Virus record (IMG/VR): IMGVR_UViG_3300021057_000274
Span: 248,001-312,000 of that record
DNA: 64,000 nucleotides
Strand: one strand, 5' to 3'
The translations under genes were made by a program, and so were the position numbers. Shown piece after piece: positions 9,943 to 19,489 of this stretch (within the stretch, counting starts at the first letter, position 1; each line of letters opens with the position of its first letter). The notes under the pieces were generated by a model that saw only the letters and a program-made list of their open reading frames with translations, did no database searches and was not told the origin of the DNA.

Positions 9943-10539
9943 ATGGGCACTCTCTCACAAATCGGCATTCCGGGCATCGGGAACACGATCCTTCACCCGA
10001 GGCAGAAGAACCGTTGGCGGGTCATCTTCAGCGGACTCGGCGGTCTTCTGGGAGCAAGCTCGACGGCTCCTAACGACCTCTCGCTCCAGCTGACCACCTT
10101 CACGCGTCCGAGCCTCTCGTACGAGGAGGTCCAGCTTGACCGCTACAACTCGCGCGTCTACGTCGCTGGCAAGCACACGTTTGACCCGTGCACCCTGACT
10201 GTTGAGGATGACATCACCAACCGCGCGGTGAGCGCGATCCAGAACCAGCTCGAGGCGCAGCAGCGCTTGATCGGCGCGACGGGCCCGTGGCTCAACACTG
10301 AAGCGACCGCGTTCGGCTACAAGTTCGGCATGATCTTCGAGGGCCTGGACGGCAACGAGACGGTCACCGAGACCTGGAAGTACGAGGGCTGCTTCATCCA
10401 AGCTGCTGACTTTGACCAGGGCGACTACGCGACCGGCGAGAAGTTCCTCATCACCGTCACCGTTCGTTACGACCACGTTCGTCATGACCTCGCCCCATCC
10501 GTCACCGGATCTGCCGTCGGCGGGTTGGTAAACGCGTAA
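9943..10539 (+). CDS. gp19: Tail tube protein gp19
   Basis: KNRWRVIF...RPSLSYEEV...YVAGKHTFDPCTLTVEDD...ETWKYEGCF...ITVTVRYD. Confidence 0.85.
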   Translation: MGTLSQIGIPGIGNTILHPRQKNRWRVIFSGLGGLLGASSTAPNDLSLQLTTFTRPSLSYEEVQLDRYNSRVYVAGKHTFDPCTLTVEDDITNRAVSAIQNQLEAQQRLIGATGPWLNTEATAFGYKFGMIFEGLDGNETVTETWKYEGCFIQAADFDQGDYATGEKFLITVTVRYDHVRHDLAPSVTGSAVGGLVNA

Positions 10540-10555
10540 GTAAGGGAGGTCCCCG

Positions 10556-10936
10556 ATGGACCTCCTTCGGGAGCTTACCCAGATCCTCGAGGGTCTTGAG
10601 GATCATAAAAAGTATCCGCTCGTTGATCGGGTCAACGCCGACCTGGTCAACGAGTTTATGCACAAGAAGCCTGCCCGCTGGGCTGACCTTGACAGCTCTG
10701 CCAAGAAGATTCCGCTTGAGCGAGTCAAGGCGATCTTCGGCGGAGATCTTCGCCGTCGCTCCTTTACGATCAAGAGCCTCTGGGGTGAGCGCCCCGAGAG
10801 CCCCTCCTCAGAATTTGTCGACTCTTTTAGAAATTACAAGGAGCCGATCGTGGTCGTAGATGACAAAAAGCACCCCAAGTACGTGATTCACTCCGGTGGC
10901 TTCAATTATCCGCGCTACATGACGGCCGTCAAGTGA
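10556..10936 (+). CDS. Hypothetical, putative capsid-packaged protein
   Basis: Leader MDLLRELTQILEG; RBS GGAGG. Confidence 0.6.
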   Translation: MDLLRELTQILEGLEDHKKYPLVDRVNADLVNEFMHKKPARWADLDSSAKKIPLERVKAIFGGDLRRRSFTIKSLWGERPESPSSEFVDSFRNYKEPIVVVDDKKHPKYVIHSGGFNYPRYMTAVK

Positions 10937-11886
10937 AACTTCTTGAAGAGCTCGTCCTCCTCCTAGAAGAGATCAGCGATCCCTACGTGGTTACGCTGGG
11001 GCGCCCTAAGAACTGGCGCCCGTTCAAGGATACGCCAGCAGGGGCGAACCTCGATGAAGATCCGCACACTTACTTGATGATCAAGACCAAGCAAACCGCT
11101 GGCATTCCCATGGCGGTGATCCGCGATCTGGGACTTAGTTACACAGACGGTGACGGCAAGATCCGGGGGAAGGCGCGCACTCTAGGGGTCGTGAAGGTGT
11201 CAACTCTAGAGGGCAAGGAAGCTGGCAAAAAGAGCCGGTCTGTCGGGTTCTACAGTTGGAAGCCTACCGGATTAGTTTTCTGGTTCAAGAATAAGTCTGA
11301 GAGCGAAGCTAAGGAAGCCATCGAGCAGCTGTTAGAGCCGGTGCTTAAGCGACAGAATAAGTACGTGGCCGCTCGAGAGAGGGCGAGAGAGACCGCGCCA
11401 CGGCGTCGAAAGGAAGCGGCAAAATATTATTCAGAGCGGCGCAAGAAGGAGCTTGAAGAGCTCAAGCAGAAATACGGAGCCGACATCGTGGAGCGAGTAA
11501 AGGTCAAGTCGATGTCCCACGAGGGTGATGACGGGTACCAATGGGCGATGTTCGTCGACGGCCGTCGAGTTCGATCAGGGATGAAGCAAGCCGAAGCTAG
11601 AGCCGCGCAACGCTCACAGTGGAGCTATCTGAAGCGGCTAAAGGAAATGACCCCCGAGGAGCGACTTAGGGAAATCAACGCCGCCCGCGGCCTGCAAGCT
11701 TACTTCATGCTTCAGGCTATGGAGGACGACGTTGATTTGCATCTCGCCGTGATCAAGCAGCACGCGAAAGAGCTAGTTGACGCGAACGACTTAGCCACTG
11801 ATACGATCGAGAACGCAAAGGTTAATGACGAACAGGCGAGGAAGATCTATAACGACCTCATCGCTAAGCTTAGGAAGAAGACATGA
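10933..11886 (+). CDS. Hypothetical basic protein, putative capsid-packaged
   Basis: Leader MKLLEELVLLLEE. Confidence 0.6.
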   Translation: MKLLEELVLLLEEISDPYVVTLGRPKNWRPFKDTPAGANLDEDPHTYLMIKTKQTAGIPMAVIRDLGLSYTDGDGKIRGKARTLGVVKVSTLEGKEAGKKSRSVGFYSWKPTGLVFWFKNKSESEAKEAIEQLLEPVLKRQNKYVAARERARETAPRRRKEAAKYYSERRKKELEELKQKYGADIVERVKVKSMSHEGDDGYQWAMFVDGRRVRSGMKQAEARAAQRSQWSYLKRLKEMTPEERLREINAARGLQAYFMLQAMEDDVDLHLAVIKQHAKELVDANDLATDTIENAKVNDEQARKIYNDLIAKLRKKT

Positions 11887-12224
11887 TCATCGTAGAACTG
11901 CTCGCCATCCTCGAGGCTAAGATCGATCCGAAGAAGTGGCCTGAGCTCAAGGCCTACTGGGACAAGTACGGCCACGGCACCAAGTTCGAAGACCTCGACG
12001 GTATCAAGGTACGAAGTGACGGCAACTACGTCGTCGTGCGCTGGAAGGAGGAGGGCGGCAAGGTAGGACTCGCCGACCTAGCGAAGTACACCGGAGGTCC
12101 GTGGGAGATGCAGAACGACAGCTTCGACGAGATCACCGAGGGTGACTGGCGGAAGCTGAAGATCGTTCCAGACTGCGACTGGTTCACGATTCCCGGCCAC
12201 CCCGACTACGACGAGGAAGAGTAA
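11883..12224 (+). CDS. Hypothetical, putative capsid-packaged protein
   Basis: Leader MIIVELLAILEA. Confidence 0.6.
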   Translation: MIIVELLAILEAKIDPKKWPELKAYWDKYGHGTKFEDLDGIKVRSDGNYVVVRWKEEGGKVGLADLAKYTGGPWEMQNDSFDEITEGDWRKLKIVPDCDWFTIPGHPDYDEEE

Positions 12225-12253
12225 GAAGCCTTGCACCACCAGGTCAGCTAGGC

Positions 12254-12259
12254 TAAATA
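12254..12259 (+). promoter_or_regulatory. Late promoter
   Basis: TAAATA in intergenic gap before 12306. Confidence 0.6.
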
Positions 12260-12305
12260 GGTAACCACCTCCGCGGTAGACGCGGTTAGCACGGGAAAGC
12301 TCAAG

Positions 12306-13328
12306 ATGGCGTTGGAACTTCTACTAGAATTGCTGGATTCGACCAGCGAGAAGTCTCCTGAGATTCAGGAGATGGCGCCATTCATCCACGCCATCGCGAG
12401 ACTCTTGTTCGGTACTAAGGCTCGCGCCGTCAAGGACTCTAAGCGCGGCAAGGAAGCCAAGTTCTTCGGGGTCGCTCACGAGCGAAGCCGGATCAAGGAC
12501 CCGAAGGGAAAGCCGCTGATGCTCACCTTCGATAACAGCACCGACTCCGGCGAGTTCGAGATCAACTCGCTACTCAAGCTCGATATCGAAAAGGACGGCG
12601 ACATCGACCTGGAGATCAAGAAGCTCTTCAAGGAGTTTCAGGTCAAGTCCAAGAAGAAGATGAACTACGTCATGCAGGGCGACCGCTACGTTCTGCGCGA
12701 GATCCACCTGGGCAAAGAGATCAACGAGCTCACCGTCGCGATGGTCGAGAAGCTCCTCAAGTTGCTCAGCAACAAACCCGAGAAGGTCGAGGAAGCCATG
12801 ACCTCTGGCGAAATTGTTGAGTTTATCAAGAAAGAGACAAGAGAAACTCAAAACTCAGATCATCCGGCTGGCGATCGCGCTTACGCAAGGGCGATCGACG
12901 ATGTCATCAAGAAGGCTAGCAAAGCTGATTTAAAGTTTGCGCAAGAACAGCTAAATGCTGCGATTAAAGAGGGCAGCTTCGGAACCGACACCCTCACCCC
13001 AGCTGCTGCAGGTAAAGTTTGGGGTAAGTTTGCTGGATGGCGCGCTGCCGTAAAGTTTCTCGGAGGTAAGCTTCCCAAGGACGTAGAAAGCGCATCGTAC
13101 CTCGACGATCTTTGGGACATCAAGCCGGGAAGGGTCGAGGAAGCGATGACGAAGAGCTTCATCACAGAGGCTGACTTCAACTTGATTCTTGACTGGTTCT
13201 CGTCGACGTCTGGCGGCCCGCAGATGGCTGACTACGCGGACAAGATCAAAGAGCGGATGCCAGGCGTGCAGCCTTGGACCTGGAAGCAAAATAAGCACTC
13301 TCTCATCAAGAAGCTCTCCAAGAAATAA
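12306..13328 (+). CDS. Modular putative capsid cargo with repeated KPxxVEEAMT linkers
   Basis: Leader MALELLLELL; VEEAMT occurs twice. Confidence 0.6.
   Translation: MALELLLELLDSTSEKSPEIQEMAPFIHAIARLLFGTKARAVKDSKRGKEAKFFGVAHERSRIKDPKGKPLMLTFDNSTDSGEFEINSLLKLDIEKDGDIDLEIKKLFKEFQVKSKKKMNYVMQGDRYVLREIHLGKEINELTVAMVEKLLKLLSNKPEKVEEAMTSGEIVEFIKKETRETQNSDHPAGDRAYARAIDDVIKKASKADLKFAQEQLNAAIKEGSFGTDTLTPAAAGKVWGKFAGWRAAVKFLGGKLPKDVESASYLDDLWDIKPGRVEEAMTKSFITEADFNLILDWFSSTSGGPQMADYADKIKERMPGVQPWTWKQNKHSLIKKLSKK
12785..13150 (+). repeat. 18-bp near-perfect direct repeat flanking a 348-nt in-frame cassette
   Basis: GGTCGAGGAAGCCATGAC at 12785-12802 and GGTCGAGGAAGCGATGAC at 13133-13150. Confidence 0.8.
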
Positions 13329-14551
13329 TGGCGGTCAAGCAATCCGACGTCCCGCAGATCGCTCAGCAGGTCGGCGTCGACCTCTCGAGGTCGAGCGCTG
13401 AGAGCGCGTCTAACCTGACCGCGCAGATCGCCGCCTGGAACGACCAGAACGCCAGCCCGGGTGACATCCTCGCGGCGACCCGCGGGATCCCGGGCACGGT
13501 CGGCGGGATTCCGGGGATCGGTAGCTCGATCCCCCAGATCGGCCGAATTCCGCTCCCGACCGCCGAGATCCCGAACATCTTGGGGCCGCTCAACCAGATC
13601 AACCTCGGCGTCGCTGGAACATGGGAGGCGACCCACTACGCGAACGATCTCAACGCCCACCACCCGAAGTTTAAGTTTCTCTTTAAGGTCGAGTTCCAGG
13701 GCTTCACGGCGAAGAACTTCTACCGGTATGTCCATCGCATCGACAAGCCCAAGGTGCGCTTCAACCACCAGGACATGAACTATTACAACTTTCGGACTCG
13801 CGTCTTGACCCACATGACGTTCGAGCCCCTCGCGATCACGTTTCTCGACGAGATCGGCAACAGCGTCAACAACTTCTTCGCCACCTACATGGCCGAGCGC
13901 TCGGGGCAGGGCGAGGGCCACGCCGACACTGACGCTGGTTTGGGCAAGGCTACCTCGACGAAGTCTTATCCCAACGGATATTCAGCCGGTCGTAAGATCA
14001 TCGTCGAGCAGATCTTTGCGAACGGCACTCACTCGAACTGGTTCACCTTCATCAACCCCCGCATCGAGGCGTTTGACTTCGATGAGCTGAACATGGAGGA
14101 CAGCCTGGGCTCGCTGCTCACGGTGATGTTCTCCTATGACGCGTTGACCTGTGACACCCACGAGCGATCGCGACTTTACGGCTGGGGTGAGACTGACCTG
14201 CTCAAGGGCGGCGACTATCCCGGCAAGAACGCGGGCGACGAGAGCGGCATGTATCGAGCTGGAGCCATCTCCGCGACGGGGAAGCCGACAGGCCGAGAGG
14301 TTAAGCCACCGACGACCTCGTCGAACTACGCGGCGCCTGACCTCGGGGAGTATCCTGACGAGGCCACGCAATCCGCGGCGCTAGAGGGACTAACCGCGCC
14401 GACGTACGAGGGGCCAAATCCAGAGGGGGCGCCAGCCTGGGTTTCAGAGAACTCCACCGATACGATCATCAATCGTAACGTCCAAGAGACCTTTACCTCA
14501 GTTCGCTCCGGGCTTAACCTCAATCCCCTGCTAGGCATCACCGTCAAATAG
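13328..14551 (+). CDS. Baseplate tail-tube-fold protein (gp48/gp54-like)
   Basis: PKFKFLFKVEF...IDKPKVRF...YNFRTRV...FEPLAITFLDE...LTVMFSYD tube fold. Confidence 0.7.
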   Translation: MAVKQSDVPQIAQQVGVDLSRSSAESASNLTAQIAAWNDQNASPGDILAATRGIPGTVGGIPGIGSSIPQIGRIPLPTAEIPNILGPLNQINLGVAGTWEATHYANDLNAHHPKFKFLFKVEFQGFTAKNFYRYVHRIDKPKVRFNHQDMNYYNFRTRVLTHMTFEPLAITFLDEIGNSVNNFFATYMAERSGQGEGHADTDAGLGKATSTKSYPNGYSAGRKIIVEQIFANGTHSNWFTFINPRIEAFDFDELNMEDSLGSLLTVMFSYDALTCDTHERSRLYGWGETDLLKGGDYPGKNAGDESGMYRAGAISATGKPTGREVKPPTTSSNYAAPDLGEYPDEATQSAALEGLTAPTYEGPNPEGAPAWVSENSTDTIINRNVQETFTSVRSGLNLNPLLGITVK

Positions 14552-14583
14552 CCTTCTAGATCTCGAAGCCGTTAAATATTCTA

Positions 14584-15090
14584 ATGGCTAAAGGAATCTA
14601 CACTCCAGAAAATCCAGCGAAGTATCACGGTGACGCACGCGCGTGTAAAGAATGCGGCTTCACCTTCAAGTCAGTAATGAGTCTTGCTCGTCACTTGACT
14701 CAAAAGCATGCAATAACTTGTCAAGCATACTGGGATAAGCACTTTCTGATTACGAATTGTATTGAATGTGGAAAACCAACCAAGTTCAAAGGCATTGGCA
14801 AAGGGTATGCTAAGGTATGCTCACATGTTTGTGGCGGGGTTAACTTTAGAAAGCAATTGAGAGCTGATCCTTACAAACAAGAGCAGTTTGCACGGCGAGT
14901 TTCATCTAATCAAAAAGCAATTTGGAGTCAACGTTCAGACAGCGAGAAGAAAGCTATTTTTGAGAAGATAGCCTATACTTCATTTAGATCTAAAATCGTT
15001 AATCGCCCAACAACGATCGTGTTTGACGACGCATGGTGGAAGTTACAAGCTCGTGTGTCACGAAATCTTGACGAGGTGTTCTTTGACTAA
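14584..15090 (+). CDS. AT-rich zinc-finger protein starting with a copy of the gp4 N-terminal motif; possible homing-endonuclease remnant
   Basis: MAKGIYTPENPAKYHGD, then CxxC-x12-H-x4-H and CIECG...CSHVC; clearly more AT-rich than flanks; TAAATA at 14573-14578. Confidence 0.55.
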   Translation: MAKGIYTPENPAKYHGDARACKECGFTFKSVMSLARHLTQKHAITCQAYWDKHFLITNCIECGKPTKFKGIGKGYAKVCSHVCGGVNFRKQLRADPYKQEQFARRVSSNQKAIWSQRSDSEKKAIFEKIAYTSFRSKIVNRPTTIVFDDAWWKLQARVSRNLDEVFFD

Positions 15091-15547
15091 TTTAGGAAAA
15101 AAGTCCAGGAACAGGGGAACGGCAAAGGGATTATTTAGACCTACCAATCCCCACAAATATCTGGGGGATCCATGCAAAATTCGCTTTCTCTCGAATTGGG
15201 AGCGCTTTTTCATGCAGTGGTGTGACCGAAACCCGAACATTCTCAGGTGGGGATCGGAGGAGTTTCGCATCCCCTACTTTCACCCTGTCAAGCAGAAGAT
15301 CTGCAACTACATTCCGGACTTCATCATCAAGTATCGGGACAAGGATGACCGCATCATCACCGAGATCCTCGAGGTGAAGCCGGCCAAGGAGGCCGTTCTC
15401 AACCTCCCGGGACGCAAGAAGATCTCGACCTACGACCAGGTTCAGCTGGCGATCAACAACGCAAAGTGGAAGGCCGCTAAGGAGTTCTGTGAGTCACACG
15501 GCATCAAGTTTCGTGTTCTCACCGAGCACCAGCTCTTTAGAAAATGA
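15083..15547 (+). CDS. gp4: Head completion nuclease gp4
   Basis: KGLFRPTNPHKYLGDP...SNWERFFMQWCDRNPNILRWGSEE...YIPDF...EVKP; probable TTG start 15083 after GAGGTG. Confidence 0.88.
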   Translation: MTNLGKKSRNRGTAKGLFRPTNPHKYLGDPCKIRFLSNWERFFMQWCDRNPNILRWGSEEFRIPYFHPVKQKICNYIPDFIIKYRDKDDRIITEILEVKPAKEAVLNLPGRKKISTYDQVQLAINNAKWKAAKEFCESHGIKFRVLTEHQLFRK

Positions 15548-16107
15548 CCAACAACTCAGATAACTCGCACGTTCTCAACGATCTCTTCAACGTCGGTGCC
15601 GCTCCGCCTCCTAAGGAGATCCAAGCGATCACCGACCCTGGCATCACGACCGCCCTCGTCCGTCCGTCGACCGGTGAGCGAGTCATCAGGCCTGAGGCTC
15701 CGCCAGCGGAAGAGGTGATCGCGGGTGAGGAGCGACTTGAGGATCTCGCGATCGACTCGAAGCTAGAACGGGTCCACGAGTCCGCGATCGAGGCTTACAA
15801 GTCACAGTTTAAGCTCTCTCAAGAGGTCGAGTCTCGCTTCTCAGCTAGAAACGCTGAGGTAGCCGCCCAGTACTTGAAGATCGCGCTCGACTCGGTCAGC
15901 CTGCGGGTTGACTCGAAGTTCAAGCGAAACAAGATCAAGCTCGCGCAGGAGAAGAAGGAGGAGGGGGCGAAGGGAAGGGGCACGATCCTCGTCGCGGACC
16001 GCAACGAGGTGCTTCGGGTCCTCAGTCAGGCGCTCCAGCAGAGCTCGCCGGCGGAGAAGACCGTCGAGGGTGAGGTGCTACCGGAGATGAAGAGTGAGGC
16101 TGAATGA
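15544..16107 (+). CDS. Probable terminase small subunit
   Basis: Helical protein between gp4 and terL; AEVAAQYLKIALD...ILVADRNEVLRVL pattern of jumbo-phage TerS. Confidence 0.6.
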   Translation: MTNNSDNSHVLNDLFNVGAAPPPKEIQAITDPGITTALVRPSTGERVIRPEAPPAEEVIAGEERLEDLAIDSKLERVHESAIEAYKSQFKLSQEVESRFSARNAEVAAQYLKIALDSVSLRVDSKFKRNKIKLAQEKKEEGAKGRGTILVADRNEVLRVLSQALQQSSPAEKTVEGEVLPEMKSEAE

Positions 16108-16801
16108 GCTCGTCGGAGTCAAGAAGCTCCAAAACTTTCGGACGGATGAGCTCGTCGACTTTCTAGATCTCTACACGCCCTACAAGCAATCTGGACGGGG
16201 TAATTTTTCGAGGGTCTTCGAGAAGGACGGAGAGATCTACAAGTTCTGGGCGCTTGACCCAGCTTATGAGCGCTTTGTCAAATATTGTTTGGCAAACAAG
16301 GGCAATAAGCATCTGCCGAGATTCTTATCTGACGTCAAGACCTTGACGGCGTTTCACACTAGGCACCGTGATCACCCGAGAAAGCTCAAGTACGTCAAGA
16401 TGGAGATCCTCGAGCCGTCTGAGATAAAGGACGCGTTCTTCAAGACCATTAACGATTACCTGTTCGGGCGTCCTCGTCGAGTGAGCGCCGACATCTTGAG
16501 GACTCGTGAAGAGGTATATCAAGAGTACGAGAAGCTTTACGGTAACAAGTATCAGAGCTTTCTTGAGACGGTTCTAGACGTGTGCGACCACGTGCGAAAG
16601 GGAGCTTCGTCGACCTTCTACCCCGACATCAGATCGGTAAACGTGATGGAGCGCGACGGGGTGCTAGTCCTCACGGATCCTGGGTATGACGAGAGGGAGA
16701 CGTACGACTGGGGAGACATCACTAGCCTCGAGGTTAGAAATCCCGACGAGCGAGTGAGCGGTCCGAAGCGTGACAAGAAAACTTTCAAGGGTACTCCATG
16801 A
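16094..16801 (+). CDS. Protein-kinase-like fold protein with cargo leader
   Basis: Gly loop GRGNFSRVF, IYKF, HLPRF, MEIL, catalytic PDIRSVNVM and VLTDP. Confidence 0.65.
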   Translation: MRLNELVGVKKLQNFRTDELVDFLDLYTPYKQSGRGNFSRVFEKDGEIYKFWALDPAYERFVKYCLANKGNKHLPRFLSDVKTLTAFHTRHRDHPRKLKYVKMEILEPSEIKDAFFKTINDYLFGRPRRVSADILRTREEVYQEYEKLYGNKYQSFLETVLDVCDHVRKGASSTFYPDIRSVNVMERDGVLVLTDPGYDERETYDWGDITSLEVRNPDERVSGPKRDKKTFKGTP

Positions 16802-17991
16802 AATTTGCCGCATTCCTGCAGCTGAACGAGGGCCTCTCAGACGACCTGGACAAGGCCGTCAAGCAACTTCTACCTCACTTGAAAGCGCTTGACTACAAGA
16901 GCACCGAGGAGAAGGTGCTCGACGCGGTGCAGCTCTTGCGAGACGGACTCGAGAGCGGAAAGATCTACAACGTCGACTATAACACCGCGAAGCAAGACCT
17001 CTCGCGCGCTCTCTCGCTGATCTGGGACGCGCAGTATAACCACAAGGTTGAGAACCACGACGGTAACACGAATAGGTGGGTATCTGAGAAGATCGGTCAC
17101 GACTTCTACTACACCAACGTCCAGCTCAACACGCTAGCCAAGGCCAAGCGCTACCTGGACAAGGTCGACCGTCAGCAGCTAGTCGCTGACCACGGGGAGA
17201 GCGCGGGGAAGATCATCGACGGCTTCAGGGACATGCTTGAGGCTGGATTAGTGTTCAACGAGGCGGTCAAGCAACTTAAGCCAAAGATCGTGATGGGACG
17301 CAAGCCAGCTCAAAACGCCGATCCGAACGCCTTCGTGTCGAAGCTGGGGAGCGTCGAGTCCCAGCAGCTGATTCACGACTCGTTGCTCAAGAGCGTTGAG
17401 GCTCAGCTAGACTCTTACGAGAAGAACATCAAGGCCTGGCTGCAAGGCCAGCTTGACCAGATCGAGAACGCAGGCGAGTACGAGTATCCGACACACCGGC
17501 AACGCGATCCGCAAACGATCTTTTTGGTCCAGCGTTGCTTCGAGTTCAAGCACGAGTACATCAACGGCAAGGAGCGGGGCGCCAGGTACTCGAACCTCAA
17601 GCTGAACGAGACGGGAAAGCACTTCCCAGCGAAAGAGGCGAAGCAGATGCGTGACTTCATCCAGACGCGCTTCCTCAACAAGGCGATCAAGAAGCTGAGC
17701 GACATCGTCGACAAGAAGGGTAACCTCGAGAAGATCGAGGAGCTCCCGCGTCGACCGGTCCACGTCAGCCGCGGCTCGGCGACGGTCGAGTGCGCCTTCA
17801 AGTTCTCCTTCGCCGACGGCTCTCACTTCTCGGTGATCAACAAGGCCGTCTCGAAGTTCTCCTACACAGGCAAGCCGTTCGACCAGTACCCGACCACCTT
17901 CCACGACGTCGTCTTTCCTGACGGCAGCAAGCTGCGGATTCCGTCAGAGGAAAAGATGGTCAAGGTCTTCACCACCGGGAAGAACGAGTGA
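16798..17991 (+). CDS. Hypothetical, putative capsid-packaged protein
   Basis: Leader MKFAAFLQLNE|G; long ORF. Confidence 0.6.
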   Translation: MKFAAFLQLNEGLSDDLDKAVKQLLPHLKALDYKSTEEKVLDAVQLLRDGLESGKIYNVDYNTAKQDLSRALSLIWDAQYNHKVENHDGNTNRWVSEKIGHDFYYTNVQLNTLAKAKRYLDKVDRQQLVADHGESAGKIIDGFRDMLEAGLVFNEAVKQLKPKIVMGRKPAQNADPNAFVSKLGSVESQQLIHDSLLKSVEAQLDSYEKNIKAWLQGQLDQIENAGEYEYPTHRQRDPQTIFLVQRCFEFKHEYINGKERGARYSNLKLNETGKHFPAKEAKQMRDFIQTRFLNKAIKKLSDIVDKKGNLEKIEELPRRPVHVSRGSATVECAFKFSFADGSHFSVINKAVSKFSYTGKPFDQYPTTFHDVVFPDGSKLRIPSEEKMVKVFTTGKNE

Positions 17992-18575
17992 AGCTCTCAA
18001 GCCTCCTCGAGGCCCCGCTCGTTGACGTCTCTTACCACAAGGGCGAGACGAGTGACCGAGACTATCAAGGCTCTGGCTTCTCAAAGGCGGATCTTCAAGT
18101 GATCTTGAAGAACATTCGTGAGGAGACCTATCTCCGAAAGCTCAAGAAGATCCCGTTCGATCTCTACGTTTACTTCATCGACGACGAGAGGTTGAACGCG
18201 TTAGGTAGCATTTTCCCCGAGCGACCGATCGCTCATGGAGAGCTGCGCAAGCACTTAGATAACGCGAGAGAGCACTCGAAGTCGGGATCGATCGCCACAA
18301 AGATTCACGGAACGATCGCCCTCTTCATCGGAGAAAAGATCCTCGCGAGGCTCGACAAGGAGCCCACCTCGGTTCACTTCGTCATGGGAGACAATTATTC
18401 GGATACCCACCCGATCGCTCCCACCCCGTGGATCGTCGTCCACCGCTTCCTCCACGCGGTAGCTCAAGATACCGAGATGCTCAGCGTGAAGCCGATCGAA
18501 AATCTCAGATCACTCATTAGCAAAAACTACCGCAAGCTCGTGAAGCATCTTTCGGGGAAGATCTACTACATCTGA
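17988..18575 (+). CDS. Cargo-leader protein with HxxxH motif, paralog of 45351..46172
   Basis: MKLSSLLE|APLVDV; WIVVHRFLH. Confidence 0.55.
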   Translation: MKLSSLLEAPLVDVSYHKGETSDRDYQGSGFSKADLQVILKNIREETYLRKLKKIPFDLYVYFIDDERLNALGSIFPERPIAHGELRKHLDNAREHSKSGSIATKIHGTIALFIGEKILARLDKEPTSVHFVMGDNYSDTHPIAPTPWIVVHRFLHAVAQDTEMLSVKPIENLRSLISKNYRKLVKHLSGKIYYI

Positions 18576-19489
18576 TGAACCTTCTCGAGATCCTCAACAA
18601 GCCAGCGGACTACAAGATCGACGTTGCCAAGAACGATCGCTTCGTCGCATCTGCGGTGATCAAGGGTCGAGAGATCGTCTTCGCCGTTGAGCTGATCGGG
18701 CGTGTGGATCCAGACTCAAAGTGGGTAGTGCGTGATGGTGATCGCGGGCAAGATATTTGGGAGATGTCGTTCGCCGAGATGCAACCCACCCACGCCGGGA
18801 TGAAGAAAGGCACCTATCAGCTCACCAAGTCTGGCGGTGAGTTCGAGGTCTTCGCGACCTGGCGAAAGTTCATGGAGGAGTTTCTCCAGCGCTACCATCC
18901 TGGCAAGATCGTCTTCACGGCCGACAAGGATCACAGCCGAGCTGATCTCTACGCCAAGCTGCTCAAGCGCTTTAACATGCCTGGCTACAAGGTTAATCGC
19001 GAGGAGTTCGGCAAGGTTGACAAGTTCGTGATCATCAAGGAGAGCCGCGAGTCTTACCAATATCCACCCTTCAAGAACGGCGAGATAGTTACGAGGGAGA
19101 ACATCAAGGACTGGGCAGACGTAAACGACGATCTCGGCGAGGTCGTTGACGAGCTCGGTTCAGATCTTAAACTTGTTTACGAACTTGCAAGTTATGAGTC
19201 GCTCGGCAAGGTAGCAGCTTGGTGGGATACCTTCGAGAGGGGCGGAATCAAGGCGCTCGCGGAGGATAAGTGGTGGTACGGCCTCGAGGTAGATCGAATC
19301 AACGACGTCGTCGAAGCGGTCAAGAAGGACAAGAAGATCTGGTTAGTCTTCGTCGCTGGCGATGCCGGCGAGACGATGGCAGCGAAGGGAGACGTGATCA
19401 CCGGTTATCACAGGCTAGCAGCATATAAGATCCTCGGTCTCAAGAAGATTCCGGTGATCTACGCTTACAGGGACGAAGATGTCAAGTAA
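18575..19489 (+). CDS. Two-module protein with C-terminal ParB/Srx-like domain
   Basis: Leader MNLLEIL; C-terminal VITGYHRLAAYKILGLKKIPVI. Confidence 0.55.
   Translation: MNLLEILNKPADYKIDVAKNDRFVASAVIKGREIVFAVELIGRVDPDSKWVVRDGDRGQDIWEMSFAEMQPTHAGMKKGTYQLTKSGGEFEVFATWRKFMEEFLQRYHPGKIVFTADKDHSRADLYAKLLKRFNMPGYKVNREEFGKVDKFVIIKESRESYQYPPFKNGEIVTRENIKDWADVNDDLGEVVDELGSDLKLVYELASYESLGKVAAWWDTFERGGIKALAEDKWWYGLEVDRINDVVEAVKKDKKIWLVFVAGDAGETMAAKGDVITGYHRLAAYKILGLKKIPVIYAYRDEDVK

Noticed and set aside
4411-18580. CTGATGA hammerhead-core-like strings at 4413 and 18572
   Set aside because: They are TGATG stop-start junctions with no flanking stems or GAAA partner
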